NCBI GenBank assembly: GCA_040954595.2
Contig: CM082589.2
Coordinates: 2,662,075 to 2,726,074 of the forward strand
DNA: 64,000 bases
Reading direction: 5' to 3'
From: Balanoglossus misakiensis
Taxonomy: Eukaryota; Animalia; Hemichordata
In this document: in pieces, positions 47,504 to 61,789 of the stretch
Layout of the letters: each line of letters opens with the position of its first letter
Numbering within the stretch: position 1 is the stretch's first letter
The notes under the pieces: model-generated
Database searches by the model: none
What the model was told of the DNA's origin: nothing
What the model saw: the letters and a program-made list of their open reading frames with translations, nothing else
Made by a program: the position numbers and the translations under genes

Positions 47504-50500
47504 TCATATCCAGGTACCTTGTTTTTGTGGAAGAAAGTACACATTTCCTTTCTCACTGCTTTCATCGTTAGGCACATAGGTCACGCCATACTTGTCTGGA
47601 TGTGGGGCTCCTTCTTTGGGATTGTTGTTGTGATGTGCGGCGTTGTCATTATGATTGACCCGTTTTCTCCGGATTACAACGCAGGCAATGATTATCAGAA
47701 CAACCACGAGCACCATTAGAGCTCCGCACGCGGCCACGATGGCTATCATCTGAGCCGTCCAGAAAGACGTCTCCGTCTGCGCTGCATATCCATTTGTCCT
47801 TGGAGAAATTGTTTGGTCCAGTGTCGGTGTGGAACTCTGGTAAGAGCTTGCTATGGCTTCGGTTTTACTTGTTGGGACTATGCCTTTAGCTGTTGTCCCA
47901 TCCACCTTCGGTGTTGTGGCTACGGGTTGTTTTGTCGTAGTTGTTGGAGCGACAGTGCTTGGTCGCTCTTCTGTTGTGGTGATTGGTTCCTGGTATTCCA
48001 TGTAGCCTACGTCATAGACCATCGCTACATCCTCGGAACTGCCAACCAGAACCTAGACACGTCAAAATGCCAAAGAAATACACCGTCATGGTTTCGCTGA
48101 CTTGGACAACTCTGGGTGGTCTTAACACATGAATAGTGTATCAACATGATGCATAGATGTTGAGGTAACCATAGATACCCACCTGAACACGGTGAAGCCT
48201 CAGCGTTGTGTTGACATAGAGTGGCTCGCATACCAACAACGTGTGATTGATAAACAAAATGTCGCAGAACCCATCGCCTACTTTGATTTGGATGTCTTTC
48301 ATTTGATACCCACAATCAAGTCTTTTACCCTGAAAAAGGTAGAAAGACAATGGAAGGAAATATAAGGATGTAAGGTCATGTAGGGGTCAGGGGTCATGAA
48401 AGTGACCTATTGCTATCTATGAAAATGTTTGGTGGCTCAAAACGACAGCTAACGCGACGGTAAGGCCCAACTAATTCGACAAACGTCAAGTATCTTACTG
48501 TTATAGTGATATTATCCATCGGTTCGATTGTCAATATGTCCCCATCAAATACATTGAACACAGGATTTCTGGCGACTGTCATGACGTTGTCCAGACGTTC
48601 ACCTATGTTGGAAGGTAGCCATTGTTGCACTCCGTCAAAGGTGAAGCCGAGTCTGAATTCCCCGTCTGCTCCGCTGGTTGTCACGGTTATCAGGCCGCAC
48701 TCTCCGTCATCGAAGTCGACGTCGATGTCAGCAGGGAGGTCGATGTGTGGTGTTGGGCAAAGCATTGACGTTGGACTTTCCACCTGACAGGTCTGTTGAT
48801 ATAGTTAGGAGAATATGCAAGGTAATCAGAGTGATGCACGTGGTGATCACGATAGTGCATTAGCGCCCCCTCGAGTTACATTCAGAAATTCACTTGTATC
48901 CCTTTATAGGATATTCATTTGTATCCAAAATGAGCGTCCACAATGATATTTGTGATACCGACCAGTGTTACAGACGCTAATTGTCGAGGTAGTAATAAAC
49001 GTTTCACTTACTGAAGTCCACTCATCAACATAAATATTATTTTCACGCATGGCGACGGTAAATTTCGGTTCCACCACCGTGTCAAAGTTTGTGCCACCAA
49101 CGACATGAAGTAAACCACCTCTGTAATATAAAAACAGTGCGATGGTTACTATACATTTTGACAATAGACCATAAAGATTGGCACTGAAAAATGAAGGCCA
49201 TCTTAGAGAATGTTCCAGAAACTAAAAATATTTCCTGTGTTTACCAGGACAGCAGCTGTGTCTGCTAAAAATAAGACTACAGCATACGACGCTCCAATCT
49301 GTCAGCCTATCAGTCAACAATACCATTACTCACCCTAAAAATATTCTCTTCGGACCAATAAATGTAACCGTGGGATCTTCAGTGTAAGTGAATTTATCAT
49401 CAGATTCAGCGGTGTACTCTCCGTCATTGTAAGTGATGGAGACGATGGATGGATCGACAGGTAGTTGAACAGATGTCGTTTCACACTGCAGACTACTCAC
49501 AGTCGGTGTACCACTGTTTTAGTATTAGAAAACACAAATGATGTTCTGTTAAATTAATATTTAATTATAAAATAACAGTAAACAGCAATTGAACGCCAGT
49601 TACGCGTTAGGGAAATCATTTGCATATTTGAATATTATCTTTTGTCACAGCTGTACAGTCTTAAGGGAAACCTTTGACATTCAAATTTATGACAACGTGC
49701 AGAGTTATATTGTGTTTGTATCGTGACTACAGATTCCAGTGGCGCAGTTGGCTTTCTGTGGAAAATACTCCTAAATCATAATTTGATATTGTACACTTAC
49801 AATGGCTGGCAGGTCTGATCGCCGATAGTTATATGCATATTGGGTCTGAAATTAAGATCTGTTCCTGTGATTGTCACGACGGTTCCTCCTGATTCGGGTC
49901 CCCGTGTCGGCGTCAACGATTCTATAGTTGGCACCTATGATGGAATGATAATAGTTCATAGTAACATTTAATTTCAGGCGCAACAATATTTCTTCAGTGA
50001 GCTGCACATTAATTTCCTTGATATCAGCGTACACCTGCACAACATTCTGTTCGACTGGCGGCAAACAATTGCCAATGTGTAATATCTATGATCCCCATGG
50101 TTTACATTCAAACCGCACAGCTGGTGAATAACATGCTATGATTTACGTTTCTTGCTTTGATGTTCTTATTAATGACTATATTTCTATTTAAAAACCGCTA
50201 TTGATTATTGTACGATACACCGACGTAATGAAATACTGAATGAAAGCCATGCATGGTGTCAGACTCAAATGAGGAAGGTTATGTAACCAACCGAACAATT
50301 TAAAAAGCTGTGTGAGCTTAACAGTTTCAATATCATGAATTATAAATACTTGTGAAATCACATTTATTGTAGTATTGTTAAAAGACATCCACATCAAATA
50401 AGTGACACCTGTTGCCTGGCAACGCACGTCGTCACTAGTGTGATTTCAAGTGGAGCTAATGAGGTTTAGAACACAATATTTGTCCAACATCCTTTCATTT

Positions 50501-53500
50501 GAAATTGTTATAAGCAATGGGCTTACTACCGCCATTTATATCTAACATTTTGTCATGAATTTATCTCAAGATACAACGATTAATTAACCTACCCGCCAAT
50601 TGAAGTTCTCTGATGAGGTCACTCGCATACGTACATAGGACGACCCTACAGCCAATAAGAACTGGCCGTACACAGGGCCGTCCAATTCCCGCTTCTGAGA
50701 TTCCAAGGTGCAGGAGAACGAGAAGCTACGAAAAAGAAGAGCGTGCGAAAATCAGTTTTTAAAAAGGAGAACAAAGCATCTTAGCACGTACATACAGTAC
50801 AGGTCAATCATGATCTCATGTGAGGTGCGGCGCCAGTGGTCAATCTTGTTAAAAGAGCTGGTCCATACTTTAATGACCGCCGCTGTCTCTCAGAATATTG
50901 CCTCTGAACATAGCGTTGCATGTCGTACAAATATAGGTATGAACTCTCCGAGAATTTAAATTACTACTATACCTGTCAGGAGTGACACCGTCGACCTGAC
51001 ACCCATCGGCAGGGTATTGTACATTATTACACGGTACATCATCCACGAAAACGCTTACGCTTATGAGGGACGTCTGGCCTGCCTTGAAAGACTCCAAAGG
51101 ATTGGGTGATATGGCCCCACAAAAGTTAAGAGTTGGAGTCAATAAGGTCGACGTCGGGTCAAACTGGAGGGAAGGAGATAAAATCTAATATTGTAATAAC
51201 TGAACAGTCCAAAGAAAACTTTTCACACCCTTGTGTACAGAAATTGTCGTCATCAGACATTTGACTATTTACGACGGGAAATGGACATAGATAACGACTC
51301 CAAAGTAAAATGGAGCCATGTCACATAACGTCACACACAAACGTATAATCTTTGATATCCTGGTTACCTAAGTATCCTCAAGCCCTTCCCCATGCAATCA
51401 CATTAGCCTGGTTACCTAGATATTTCAAAAGCTTCCCTCTCCAATATTAATGAACCCATTTCACGTAGAAAACCACTCTATCCGTTCCTATAGAAAAGTG
51501 TGTCTGTATGCTTGCACACATTGGTTGTAGCAGAAGTTCTCTCGAGATATATTTGCATCTCTTCTTTCGTTGTAAAGATATTTATTTTGTTTGAGCGCTT
51601 GTATGTTTTCGTATGACCTCACATCTTGTTATTTCCGTAGCTATTGACTTCTAACAATCTTCTCTCTTGCCCTTTGACCCCAATGCTATTTTGGTTTAAC
51701 ACAGCTAAATGGAAACATGCTAAAATGTCGATGGACAATAAACTCGTTCAACCGTGAATTAGAACTCATTCGGTGGAGTAATTCCCAACGTATTAGTAAA
51801 GTCAATCACTTGGTAATATTCAAAGTAAGGAAGCAATATACATTTAAACTCATTAAAATTTGCATTAATCCTCATCAGCAGTATTCTGTATCGGTTAATT
51901 GCTAGATGCAAATTGTTGGGTAATTGACAGGGTCCTGGAAAATGTGGTTCAGCTTTATTTTTTTAAAAGAGCACAAACGACCAAACTAGCCGTTTGTTTC
52001 TTCTGGCAAAGTACCCAAAAATAGCCACCGACCACACAATTAAAATAACCCGTATAGAGTACCGGCTAATTTCTTTGATGTCCTCGATACATATCAAACG
52101 GGATTTCTAAATCAGGCAACAGCCCTTATGTTAAGTACTGGTCATGCAGGCATCAAATATTTGTTTTATGCCTGTACAAAAAGTGTGTTCCTTGTCCGTA
52201 CAACTTGTTCACTTACCTTCAGCGTGTGATCAGCTGATCCGAAATCGCCTGGAAACGCGCAAAGTTGTTGCGCGTCTCCATCCATCTGATCGTTGGCCAA
52301 CGCTTGAATCCACATCGCACTCTTGCAAAGCGGCTCCAACGTACATCTATCGTTTTTACCATGCATGTGAATGGATAAAACGTGCATTTAAAAATGAAAT
52401 ATCCGCAAACACATTTATTGTATTTGTTCTAAAGCTTAAAACATGAACCATGTTGTCCCTTGTCGCAAAAGCATTCGAGTTTAAAACATTACATAAAAGA
52501 AATTTCCCCTGTACCCAAGGAGGGTAAACTTACGCATTTTCCTGCGCACACCATCCACACAATGTATTATCCGACTCCAAACATTGGCTACATGTTCTGA
52601 ATTCACTACAGTCCCACAGAACTTCCTTTGTAATCACCGATTTTGAGGAATCCTATAAGAGCAACAGAAGGAATCTTCAAAGTCAAAACAACAAATCACT
52701 GTACGACATGCATCTAGGGTAACGTCACTTCATCCTCAGTACGGTGACTGCTAGTATTTGACCCTCCGCATCTTCAGCCCGAGCCCACCACCACGCCCAG
52801 ATTCCTGACCCACTGACCCCAAATATAACTCTCAAGTCCTCACACACTTGTGATAATATATCACTTACCCAGTAAAATTCAAAGTCATGAATCATTTTGC
52901 CCTCATTTAACCAACACCCGAACTGTCACCCGCCGATCGAATGACATCGCTTGCTCCTCGCCCATCCCAAGAGAAATGGAATTCTCCTTTCCTTCACGAA
53001 TTCCATTCCATAAAGTTATGCTGGCAAACTGACCTACCTGACTTCGGCCCAGGGATAAAATATGAGTGTTGTCTGGCTGAAGTCGAAATTCCATCTCAGT
53101 TGCGCCGTTACAGTTGGATGAGGGTTCTTCATCGACAGTTTCCAAGGCCGTGATCGGCAGCATGGTGTCCTGATAAAAGATTCTTCTGTTAGATGATAAC
53201 TAGGTCATCACATCCTTATATGGTTTACTTTAAAAGCAATAACAGGTGTCTTGCAGAATAGGAACCAAATTTAAAATGCTAGCCAGCCTTTTGAATAACT
53301 TGAAGTGTGGCCAGTGCAATCCAACACATTGCCCTCCACTTACCACTTGATGATCGACATATCTCGAATTATCTCCATCGCTGTAAACGAGAATGGAATG
53401 TCCTCCGCTGGTCATCATCGATGCTATTTTGACGTTTCGTTTGAGAACCCTCATCGCTTTGGCGACAACAAGTTCCTGGCCAGGTGGACTGTTTGGTCCA

Positions 53501-54987
53501 GTGCATAGCTGTTGACTGGTGCTGGCGTATATCTGGTGTAATGAAAGTATAAAAAGGCGCACGTTTACATTATTAAATTCATGCAACTGCAATGACTGAT
53601 TAGATTGTTTTGGCTCTGTATTTTTGTCTCGTCTGCGTCCTCTTTTAGTTATGTCAATATTGAATTTTGTATCACTCGCCTACTCACAACTAAAAATATT
53701 GTCATGTTTCTGAGTTATCTCGTACAACATTAAATTAAATATAAAGGGAAACAAATAGAAAGCAGAAGTAAGTACGAAAAAATTTGAAGTTCAGTTCACA
53801 TGATTCTTGTGTCCTACAACAATGGCATAATAGTAAACATTTCCGAGTTCCCTTGTTCTTTGTAAATGTTCCACTTTCAGTATGTCACGTGACTGAAAAT
53901 GCATTCTTTTTGCAAACTCAGCTTGGCACATGGATCTTTTCCTGGCAATATATGTAGTTATTGATAAAAACACATTTCTTCGGAAATAAAGTTGATTACT
54001 TACACTTGAAGGACACTGGAAAGTCTCTGTTTCAGGAACCGGTGTTTTCCCGGACATACAAGACGTGATGCTGTCAGCAAATGACTTTTCCACGTCAGGC
54101 ATGGTGACACCACACAGGCACCGTGACTGGGTGACAAAATACAGAACATCCTCCTCGTCACTGACGTTGAGAGCAGTAGCCATGGCGACGCTAGTTTTGG
54201 CCAGGTGTGCCCAGTTGATCCGCTGGCGAGAGCGCTGAATGGCTGCGTCGGATATACCTCCTGAATATTCGAGAATGGCGCTGCAGTCGCAACGTAATGG
54301 CACTTCTGCGTACGACTGGCGATCTGTGTCCTCGTCGCACACGCGGGAGATTCGCACCTCCTTCTCGGCCGCTGCTTGGCCGCTTACCCGGAACGAGCCA
54401 ACCGAGTAGCCGTAACCGTTGTGGTTAAATCCGTACACGAAGGCGTCTCCGAGGACTTGCGATGAAGGACCTGGCTGGTACACGGCGCTCGATTGGCCTC
54501 CTTGGTCGACCTGCGATGGGCACTTTTTAATCTGCGCATCGCCTGCCATGAACAGATTGCTGTGCGTCTCTCCAGCCAGGAAGGCGGTGACACGTTGTCC
54601 AAATGGGCAGTATCGGTCATTCCCTAGATAGAAACCGTCTGAATCGGCACAAAACGCGCCTTGTAACGCGGGACCTTTACCACTTAAGGTTCTCGCGTCG
54701 TAGTGCGTGCACAGTCCACCGTCCACGCACACCACGAGCGCGTCTCGCACGTAGTCAATAACCACGCTCATGACATCTCCGTCCAGAGCGGTCACTTTTC
54801 GATTTTCCAAGTCGCTGTTCACCTTGTATAAATACGACTTGTCCGAGTACTTGGTTGCCAGATATATGTCTCCATTGTGCTTGTCAATCTGGACGTTATT
54901 CAAATATCCTGTAAATTGTTGTTGTTGTGAGGCGAGACATGCTGCTGAGATACAGCACCACAGACACAAACACAGTTTGTAGTCCAT
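47504..54987 (-). CDS. Sema-PSI-IPT transmembrane receptor-like protein (plexin/MET-like ectodomain, short tail)
   Basis: Exons 54987-54004, 53532-53344, 53169-53038, 52652-52534, 52346-52217, 51163-50973, 50725-50593, 49934-49801, 49513-49334, 49120-49012, 48792-48499, 48329-48183, 48052-47504. Signal peptide; Sema motif RISRVCDED..SYAEVPLRC; PSI CSEFRTCSQCL..CGWC; IPT PTRGPESGGTVVTITG; Thr-rich stalk; TM MIAIVAAC..VVIRRKR. The exact C-terminus is uncertain. Confidence 0.85.
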
Positions 54988-55099
54988 TTTCCCAATTCTG
55001 CTATCGTTTGTCATCACCACAGATAGTCAACCTTACATTCTTCATTCTTCATGGTCTCGATCAAGACGTCGATGTGTACACACTTTCTGTGGATAAATG

Positions 55100-55405
55100 G
55101 AGCATTACCAAAAACAGTCAGCTGTTGAACACGTAAAATGAAACACGGTCACGCTATTGACTATAGTCGCGTCATCATTCGAGATCTAGTTTGTTTGTAG
55201 TGATGCCTGATTGGCTGGACCGACGACGCATTAAAATTTATTGACAACATCCTGTCAGCTCACCGTTGCTTTCCTTTTCAGAACACAAGTTACAAACTTT
55301 CAACAAACTGTTATATGGCCCGGGGCTAGGCCGAGGCCTCGTTTGACCTTCAAATAGGCTATTCTTCGAAAATCGTGCAATACTGGTACCGGTGGTCAAT
55401 TCAAG

Positions 55406-55437
<32 letters not shown>

Positions 55438-58400
55438 CGTTACGTCATACTACGTGTGGGTTCACCTGTATCACATACCAGTACCAACAAGTCAACAGTG
55501 GACCTTTTGTATTTGATTATCATGGAAGAAACTGGCCATTTGTTTGTGTACAAAGACAGTCCTTTTAACAACGTGACTTATGCCACACGCACGTAGTCCC
55601 GCTGTAAAAGTACCAAAATCTCTCAGTCCACTCATTTGCTGCCCCCAACAACTGTTTACTCGACAGCCTGCCCTCGTTAAATCCATCACCTTCAGATTGC
55701 ATTATGAAGCGTTATAGTGGCCGCTGTGCACGAATACAAACGGCTCTATATTTAAATACCAACAGAGCCGTGAGCGGTGTTTGTGGATGCCCAGTTCCCG
55801 TAGCGAATCACGACAATGAGACAATGTCGGGAAATTAAGCGTGCCTCCGGCGGTCGGGTGTTCATATTCTAATAAGTACCTCTATTGACTGCGCTGAATT
55901 TTACAGTCGAGATTTACAACGCCAACAGTGAACAACTGCCATGCACTGACATAAATAATGAGCGTTGTTGTAAACCTAACAGCTGGGAGAACACTTTTGC
56001 TTGGGTGGAAAGCGTTGCTGGCATTTGCCGGCACTGTGATGTGTCAAAAACGCTCAAAAATATTTGGCATTTTAATGAAAATTTATTGTCTATAGTAATA
56101 CCTATTACTACTCTTAGTCTGCTACCATATCAAACTTCAGAACGGGAATTGATATAAGATAAACCATTATCGCTCTATTAGAGGGAATGTTATGTCGTTT
56201 TAAGCGTTTCCCTGCCAGTTTCTTCTGGATTTTTCACCGTGTTTACGACACATGGAGCTCAAAATGACAGAAGGTCGCGACCTTTTACTGCCAGCCCAAT
56301 TTGTTTACTCACTAGTAACTCGACTTCGGGGTACATACGGTCCAGTCACGTGGCAGATCAGCAGTATTGCTCAATACTCAACGTTAACTATTTTGGCCGA
56401 CAGCGCATGCTGACGTCACTTTGACGGATGCTGATCCCCGTTATTTAAAACAAAAACGTGTTAAACTGTAATCAATAAGTTCCGTCTAGTCCTTGGATTG
56501 TTGTCTGGCTGAGATAAATTGGCCAGCGATATCGTCTGGTCGGCCTTGCTGTCAGCCAGGCATCGGATTGGACTGGCGAGTACTCCGAAAACAACGTATG
56601 TCCAACACAGCCACCTCGCTGACCATATTCGAGTTATTTGAATCGGAGGACGGAATAACATCTGTTGGTTGCTGTTGTTGACGCCTCTGCTCATGAAGCA
56701 GATCGATTACAGGTTTACATAGTACCTGTCATCTTTGTTTGTTCTTGAATTACTGGAAAGTTACCCCAAATTACCGCCATTGTTTTTTAATTATGGCAAT
56801 TCACACTAAGACATTGGGGCGAGCATCATAGCCAGCAACTGTACGTAATTGTATAATTTGTGCGAGGCTACTCATCACGTAGATTAAGTGTCATACACCG
56901 TCTTTGGTGATTCAGACCACGAGATATGTGGTTGTGTATTCTTGGGGTCAGGAATTCTAACTATGTTGCAGTCGTACACCTTTTAGGTCAGAGACGCTGT
57001 TTTTTTGTGTCAGAGTTTGCGCCCCGAAGGAGATAAGAATAATGCCAGGATAAATCGCAGTTCAGCAAAAAGGTCGAGTGTGTAGGTTTTCGTTTCCTCT
57101 GTGACGCCTGACTGGATAAAGGCGGATTAGTGATATACAAAATGGCCCGTATGTTCTCGAGTTAGCATCCCCCTCCCACCCCGCCTGCGTTGTGTCAGAG
57201 CAACGTCAGGCGAATCTCAATCATCTCTGGACCATTCCCCCATTTACCGCGAAGTGCTCTAAAACGGACAATAAACGGAATGGAATAACTAGGTTTCCAA
57301 GGTTATCCGATAAACATATGCAAACCATGTCTTACATAACAGGTAATGTTGTAGAGGCAGTGAGCATCCACGTTCATCAAAAGCAATCGACCGTGGGAAA
57401 GGTGGTTCTCGGCGTCGATGAATACGAGACACTACTTCAGTATTACCTGTCGGTCATTGAGCTCTGCCAAGTTACAATAACTTCAGTATTGTCGACGAGC
57501 GTGTTCACACGTTTCCCTGCTGTAAATACGATGACCGCTCGCGTAGTACAGGTAAAATATGCGTCAAAATGAATATTAACGACGCGAATATGGATCATCC
57601 TATTGTTGACAACAATTAGGCTATTAATGACAATTGCTGGTAGTGATAAACGCGGATATATTAAGAGCTCGTTATTTGTAAGCGCGAAATGCCACTACAT
57701 GTGCTTACCTTGAAGTGTAGGTCCACGCTACTGACCGCGGTCACTCTACGACCCTTTTTGCGTGTAAAAATAAACTGACTCTACGGCAAACATTACGTCA
57801 TGTTCCTATGTTCACGTGACTCAGTTGGTTCGAATGCAAGCACATACTAGTTCATGTGCACTACGATTTAGACTACTACACCAGGGAATATATTGTAAAT
57901 ATTAGTGCATTACTTCTCGTCAAGCTATACCACCAGAAAAACATATCAATTTTATATGGCGAAATGTATTTGTCTCAGATCTGGTACTGTTGTATGTACT
58001 GGAATTTTCTCATGGGGCAAATGTCATCGATGATGGATGTCTGATACTGCACGAACCACGCTGACCCCTTCACTGACAAGTTGTCGTTGACAAGAATGAA
58101 ATGTCATATCAGCAACGGCAGGGAGGAATGTCTTCAAAATTTACGCCATCGCAGAATATTTGACAATTTACTGGCTGCGATAATAGGGAAACAAGAGGCG
58201 ATGAAAATGTCCTGCTCGCATTGGGGCCAAATATATTCCTATAAACTCTTACAAAGAGAAAAATGCAGCTCTTTAAGTGTGTCACTGCGAGTCCAAACAT
58301 GTAGAATGGCCTGGACTATGCCTTGAACTGAAATAACCCTGTCCGTCTATGGGCTGTAAACACTGCACGAAATCAGATATGTTTTAATAGCTGGCATACT

Positions 58401-59700
58401 CGCCTTATATCCAACTTGTTGATAACAGAACGCGTGTATTTGTATAGCGATCTGAAACATTTTCAAAAACATGTAAGACTGTCTGTATTATTGTATCAGG
58501 AAAATACAAGTTGTGGAAAGGCTCTGTTGATTTAACACGCCCATTTTCACCAAAGGATGTTTGGCCAACTTTAAACTATACCACTGGAATTTTTGATAAC
58601 ATGTTTTGATTCACCACCGCTATATTCCATTAATTGGGTTGAAGTATTCTCAGAACGGGACCCAGAAAACACAATGCCGCCCACACGCTTGCAGTTCTTG
58701 GTAATCAACAAGTCTCCGGCGGTCAACATCTCTATCCGGCTGTAGCTGGCGTACACATGCCCCGTCTGACGTGAAAAAACACTGGTCCACTAGACTACCA
58801 GGTGCAACTGGCCAAGGTCGTGCACCTTTGACCGAGCTTCTTCAGTTGTACACAACCCGTCGCGTGCGTCGCACGAATCGGATCATTGTCCAACCTTGAC
58901 AGCAACGGGAATGCAAACCAGCTAAGCTTCACTGACCCAAATTCAGCCACTTCACCGCCCAACAGCGTAGCCATAATGCACAAAGCCAGGCCACCCATGG
59001 CTTTGATGGCGAAAGCTCATGACAATATAACTGTCGACGTCCATGCGTCTGGTGTGTGAAATTTGCGTCCCGTACAGCGCACTAATCACGGATTACCAAA
59101 GAGTTTTATCCCTAAGAGCGAAAGCAACCCCTGAAATAGTTTCTAATAACGAACCTTGTCTCTAATAACCACTGCTTTATATAGACTAAAATCAAGGCAA
59201 GTCTCAACAATGCATCTATGCGTTATAAATACCCACCTGTCGAGTATTGTATAGGCTCTTGCTATAAGTTTTTTTCAGCGTCCTGCACCTGCAAATCACA
59301 TTTTATGCGGGGACGGTCCAAATCGCCCGGGTAAAGTGCAAACAGACTTGATGCTTTGATTGATTTTTCCTTGGCAGTCCTCGACGTCAGGCAACCCAGC
59401 TACACACAGCATCTATGGGATCTTTGGATACAGCGGCTACTCCACACAGCACAGTCCCGCATTGTGTCAACGCTAGTCATTCATTATACAATTTCAATGG
59501 GATACAACGCAAACAGAGAAAGCCTGAAAAGAAACCAGATCCCCCGTGGTCAGTCTCGCTGAAAAGGAACCACAACAGACTCTACCGTAACAATGTCGTC
59601 CGGTGAAAAATACACCGCATACCAGAAACGTTTAGTAGCCTGCATTGTTCTCGGTGAATTATTTCCTCTGTGCCGAATACCTGTGCTGGCATCAACAGGG
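55100..59700. promoter_or_regulatory. CpG-rich intergenic region upstream of the Sema-PSI-IPT gene, putative regulatory
   Basis: CG dinucleotides are visibly more frequent than in the otoferlin introns. Contains a full CRE TGACGTCA (56411-56418), an E-box CACGTG (56347) and TTACGTCA variants. No convincing ORF. Confidence 0.3.
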
Positions 59701-59849
59701 CAATTACTGAGCCCCAAAGCCGCTTGTTGGCGCTGTAAAACATAATACGAGATTATTATACTGAAGGTTACGGTACGTGTGTTATGCGCCAGGTTTGAAC
59801 CATGCAGTGCAACTACACTCTACCACATTCTAGTCTTGTTGGTGGTTTT

Positions 59850-59953
59850 GGTGGTGGCGGCGGCGAGGGTGGTGGTTTTGGTTGGTCTGGTGGTGGCGGC
59901 GGCGAGGGTGGTGGGTTTGGTTGGTCTGGTGGTGGCGGCGGCGAGGGTGGTGG
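59850..59953. repeat. G-rich minisatellite, ~2.7 x 39 bp
   Basis: Unit GGTGGTGGCGGCGGCGAGGGTGGTGGTTTTGGTTGGTCT at 59850, 59889 and 59928 (partial). Confidence 0.85.
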
Positions 59954-59969
59954 TGTTCCTGGTGGAGGT

Positions 59970-60186
59970 TTTCTCATTAAAAATTAACAATTATCGCGCT
60001 ATAGCGCTCTCATATCATCAAGGTTCTTAGATAGGCAGTTTCATGCATAGCCGTGGTTCTTACCGAAAAATCGTGGTTCTTACGTTTTACACTCTACAAA
60101 GTCAAAACTACTCAAGGTTCTAGCTCATAAAGTCTTATTCTTAGACGATGTGATGATCATTTCTCATTAAAAATTAACAATTATCG
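59970..60186 (+). repeat. 27-bp exact direct repeat, 190 bp apart
   Basis: TTTCTCATTAAAAATTAACAATTATCG at 59970-59996 and 60160-60186. Confidence 0.85.
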
Positions 60187-61789
60187 TAATTTATCTCTCC
60201 GAAATCACTAATTTTCATACATGGCCAAATAAAAAATGTGAGCTGTTCCGATTACCCGACCTACCCTAATTTTAGTCCGCCCACCCTAAACTTTTTAGAG
60301 CTTCGTAAACAGGAAGTAAAATGACCATTCTCCCCAGACATATTTTCTACAAAGAAATATGATGTTAAACTTCGGCAGTCAAAACTTTATTACTTGAAAT
60401 TCAAAAATATCCAAAAATATTTTTGGACGCCTTTGTTACAGTTGTTTATAAAACAACACAAAAAATCAATTACTCTTCATTTTCTTTCCCTATTTTACAT
60501 GGATATGAATCGTAAGGAAAACATTCCTCTTCCAATAAGTTGGCAGCAACAAAAAATTCTTCAGGGTAAACAGAATAATTATTTTTGAAGATTTCTGACT
60601 CATTCCAAAGCCAGGCTTAACTCATGAACTTCAACTTAATGTTTCTTGAAAAGGATTCATATCCAGAGTGAATCCGACTAATATTTGGCTGCAGGGTTAA
60701 AGGTCACAAGTATATGATTATTGCTTTGAACTTAACATTTTCTATGAAACTGTACCTTCTAAAGTACTGTACGTGGGTCACTCCAACTGGAAAAACCAGG
60801 AACCAAAGCTGAGAAAAATTCCCTGATTGGCTGTTGGTGACCTTTAACCCGATCAAAAAACCATGACAGCTGCCATCTTGGAGCGAAAATTTAAATATTA
60901 GGGCTCAATACAATTATTACATAATTTCATGTAAACATATCCTTTATGTTGGCACCTGCATTTATTGTAAACATTCTGAACAGCTGCTGACAAGATTATT
61001 TTGTCAGAAACTAACAAGACAAATAGACAGGTCTGGGTTATATTGTTTCTACATCTGGAAACGAAGACTACATTTCTGCTTCAAAAGTGCAAGAAAAGAC
61101 CTTCAAAATTGGAATGTACAAAACACAATTGAAAGCAACCATATACGCTATCTCCAAGTCACATCTCATGGCATCTTCCTGAGACTTCACAACTCATTCA
61201 TCTCCCAATTAAATTTTTTTTTCAACTCCTCTAAACAAAGCACGGACAAAATACAATAAATTTCACTGTGGAATATTTTACATCAGGCAGTTCTGTTTCA
61301 GTGCTGTTTCCAATACTCTGAACACTGCACGTTATCAACCATTAAAAAAAGTTCAACATTAATCGAATTATTTGGGAAATTCTGAATGAACCACGGAACT
61401 CATTATTTTTATTCTGTAGTTAATAACATAGAATGCTCATTGGTTGGAGCTCTATATACAAGTGATGCGCTCTTGGAAATTTCTACGGAATATACAGAGT
61501 ATATATTGAGAGTATAGACGGCCTTGTTTGTTAGTTGTGTACCGACTGAACATTGCATAGAGTCGAGTACATGACAAGAAAATTGCCATTTCAATGAATA
61601 ACACACTGACTGTTGCATGAAATCATAAAATAAATATCCATATTAAAGTACATTATGAGATTTCTTCAAGTACTAAGCCCCTCCCTGAAAAAACAAAAAA
61701 CCTTCCCATCATGGTGATAGAGGGCAGTATTCATACTACTAGAAAACACATGAAACGTCAAATACAATGAAATTTTGGATGGAACGAGC

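Noticed and set aside
49852-50064. 70-aa minus-strand ORF as an exon of the receptor gene
   Set aside because: The true IPT exon (49934-49801) is in a different frame; the rest is intron.
58571-58998. Short minus-strand ORFs, one frame with a protease-like YQELQACGRHCVFW string
   Set aside because: Frames are broken by stops and no other catalytic motif or splice structure supports them.
60222-60300. Possible DNA-transposon terminus (GGCCAAATAAAAAATG...CCGACCTACCCTAA)
   Set aside because: Resembles invertebrate MITE ends, but I found no matching opposite end or target-site duplication.
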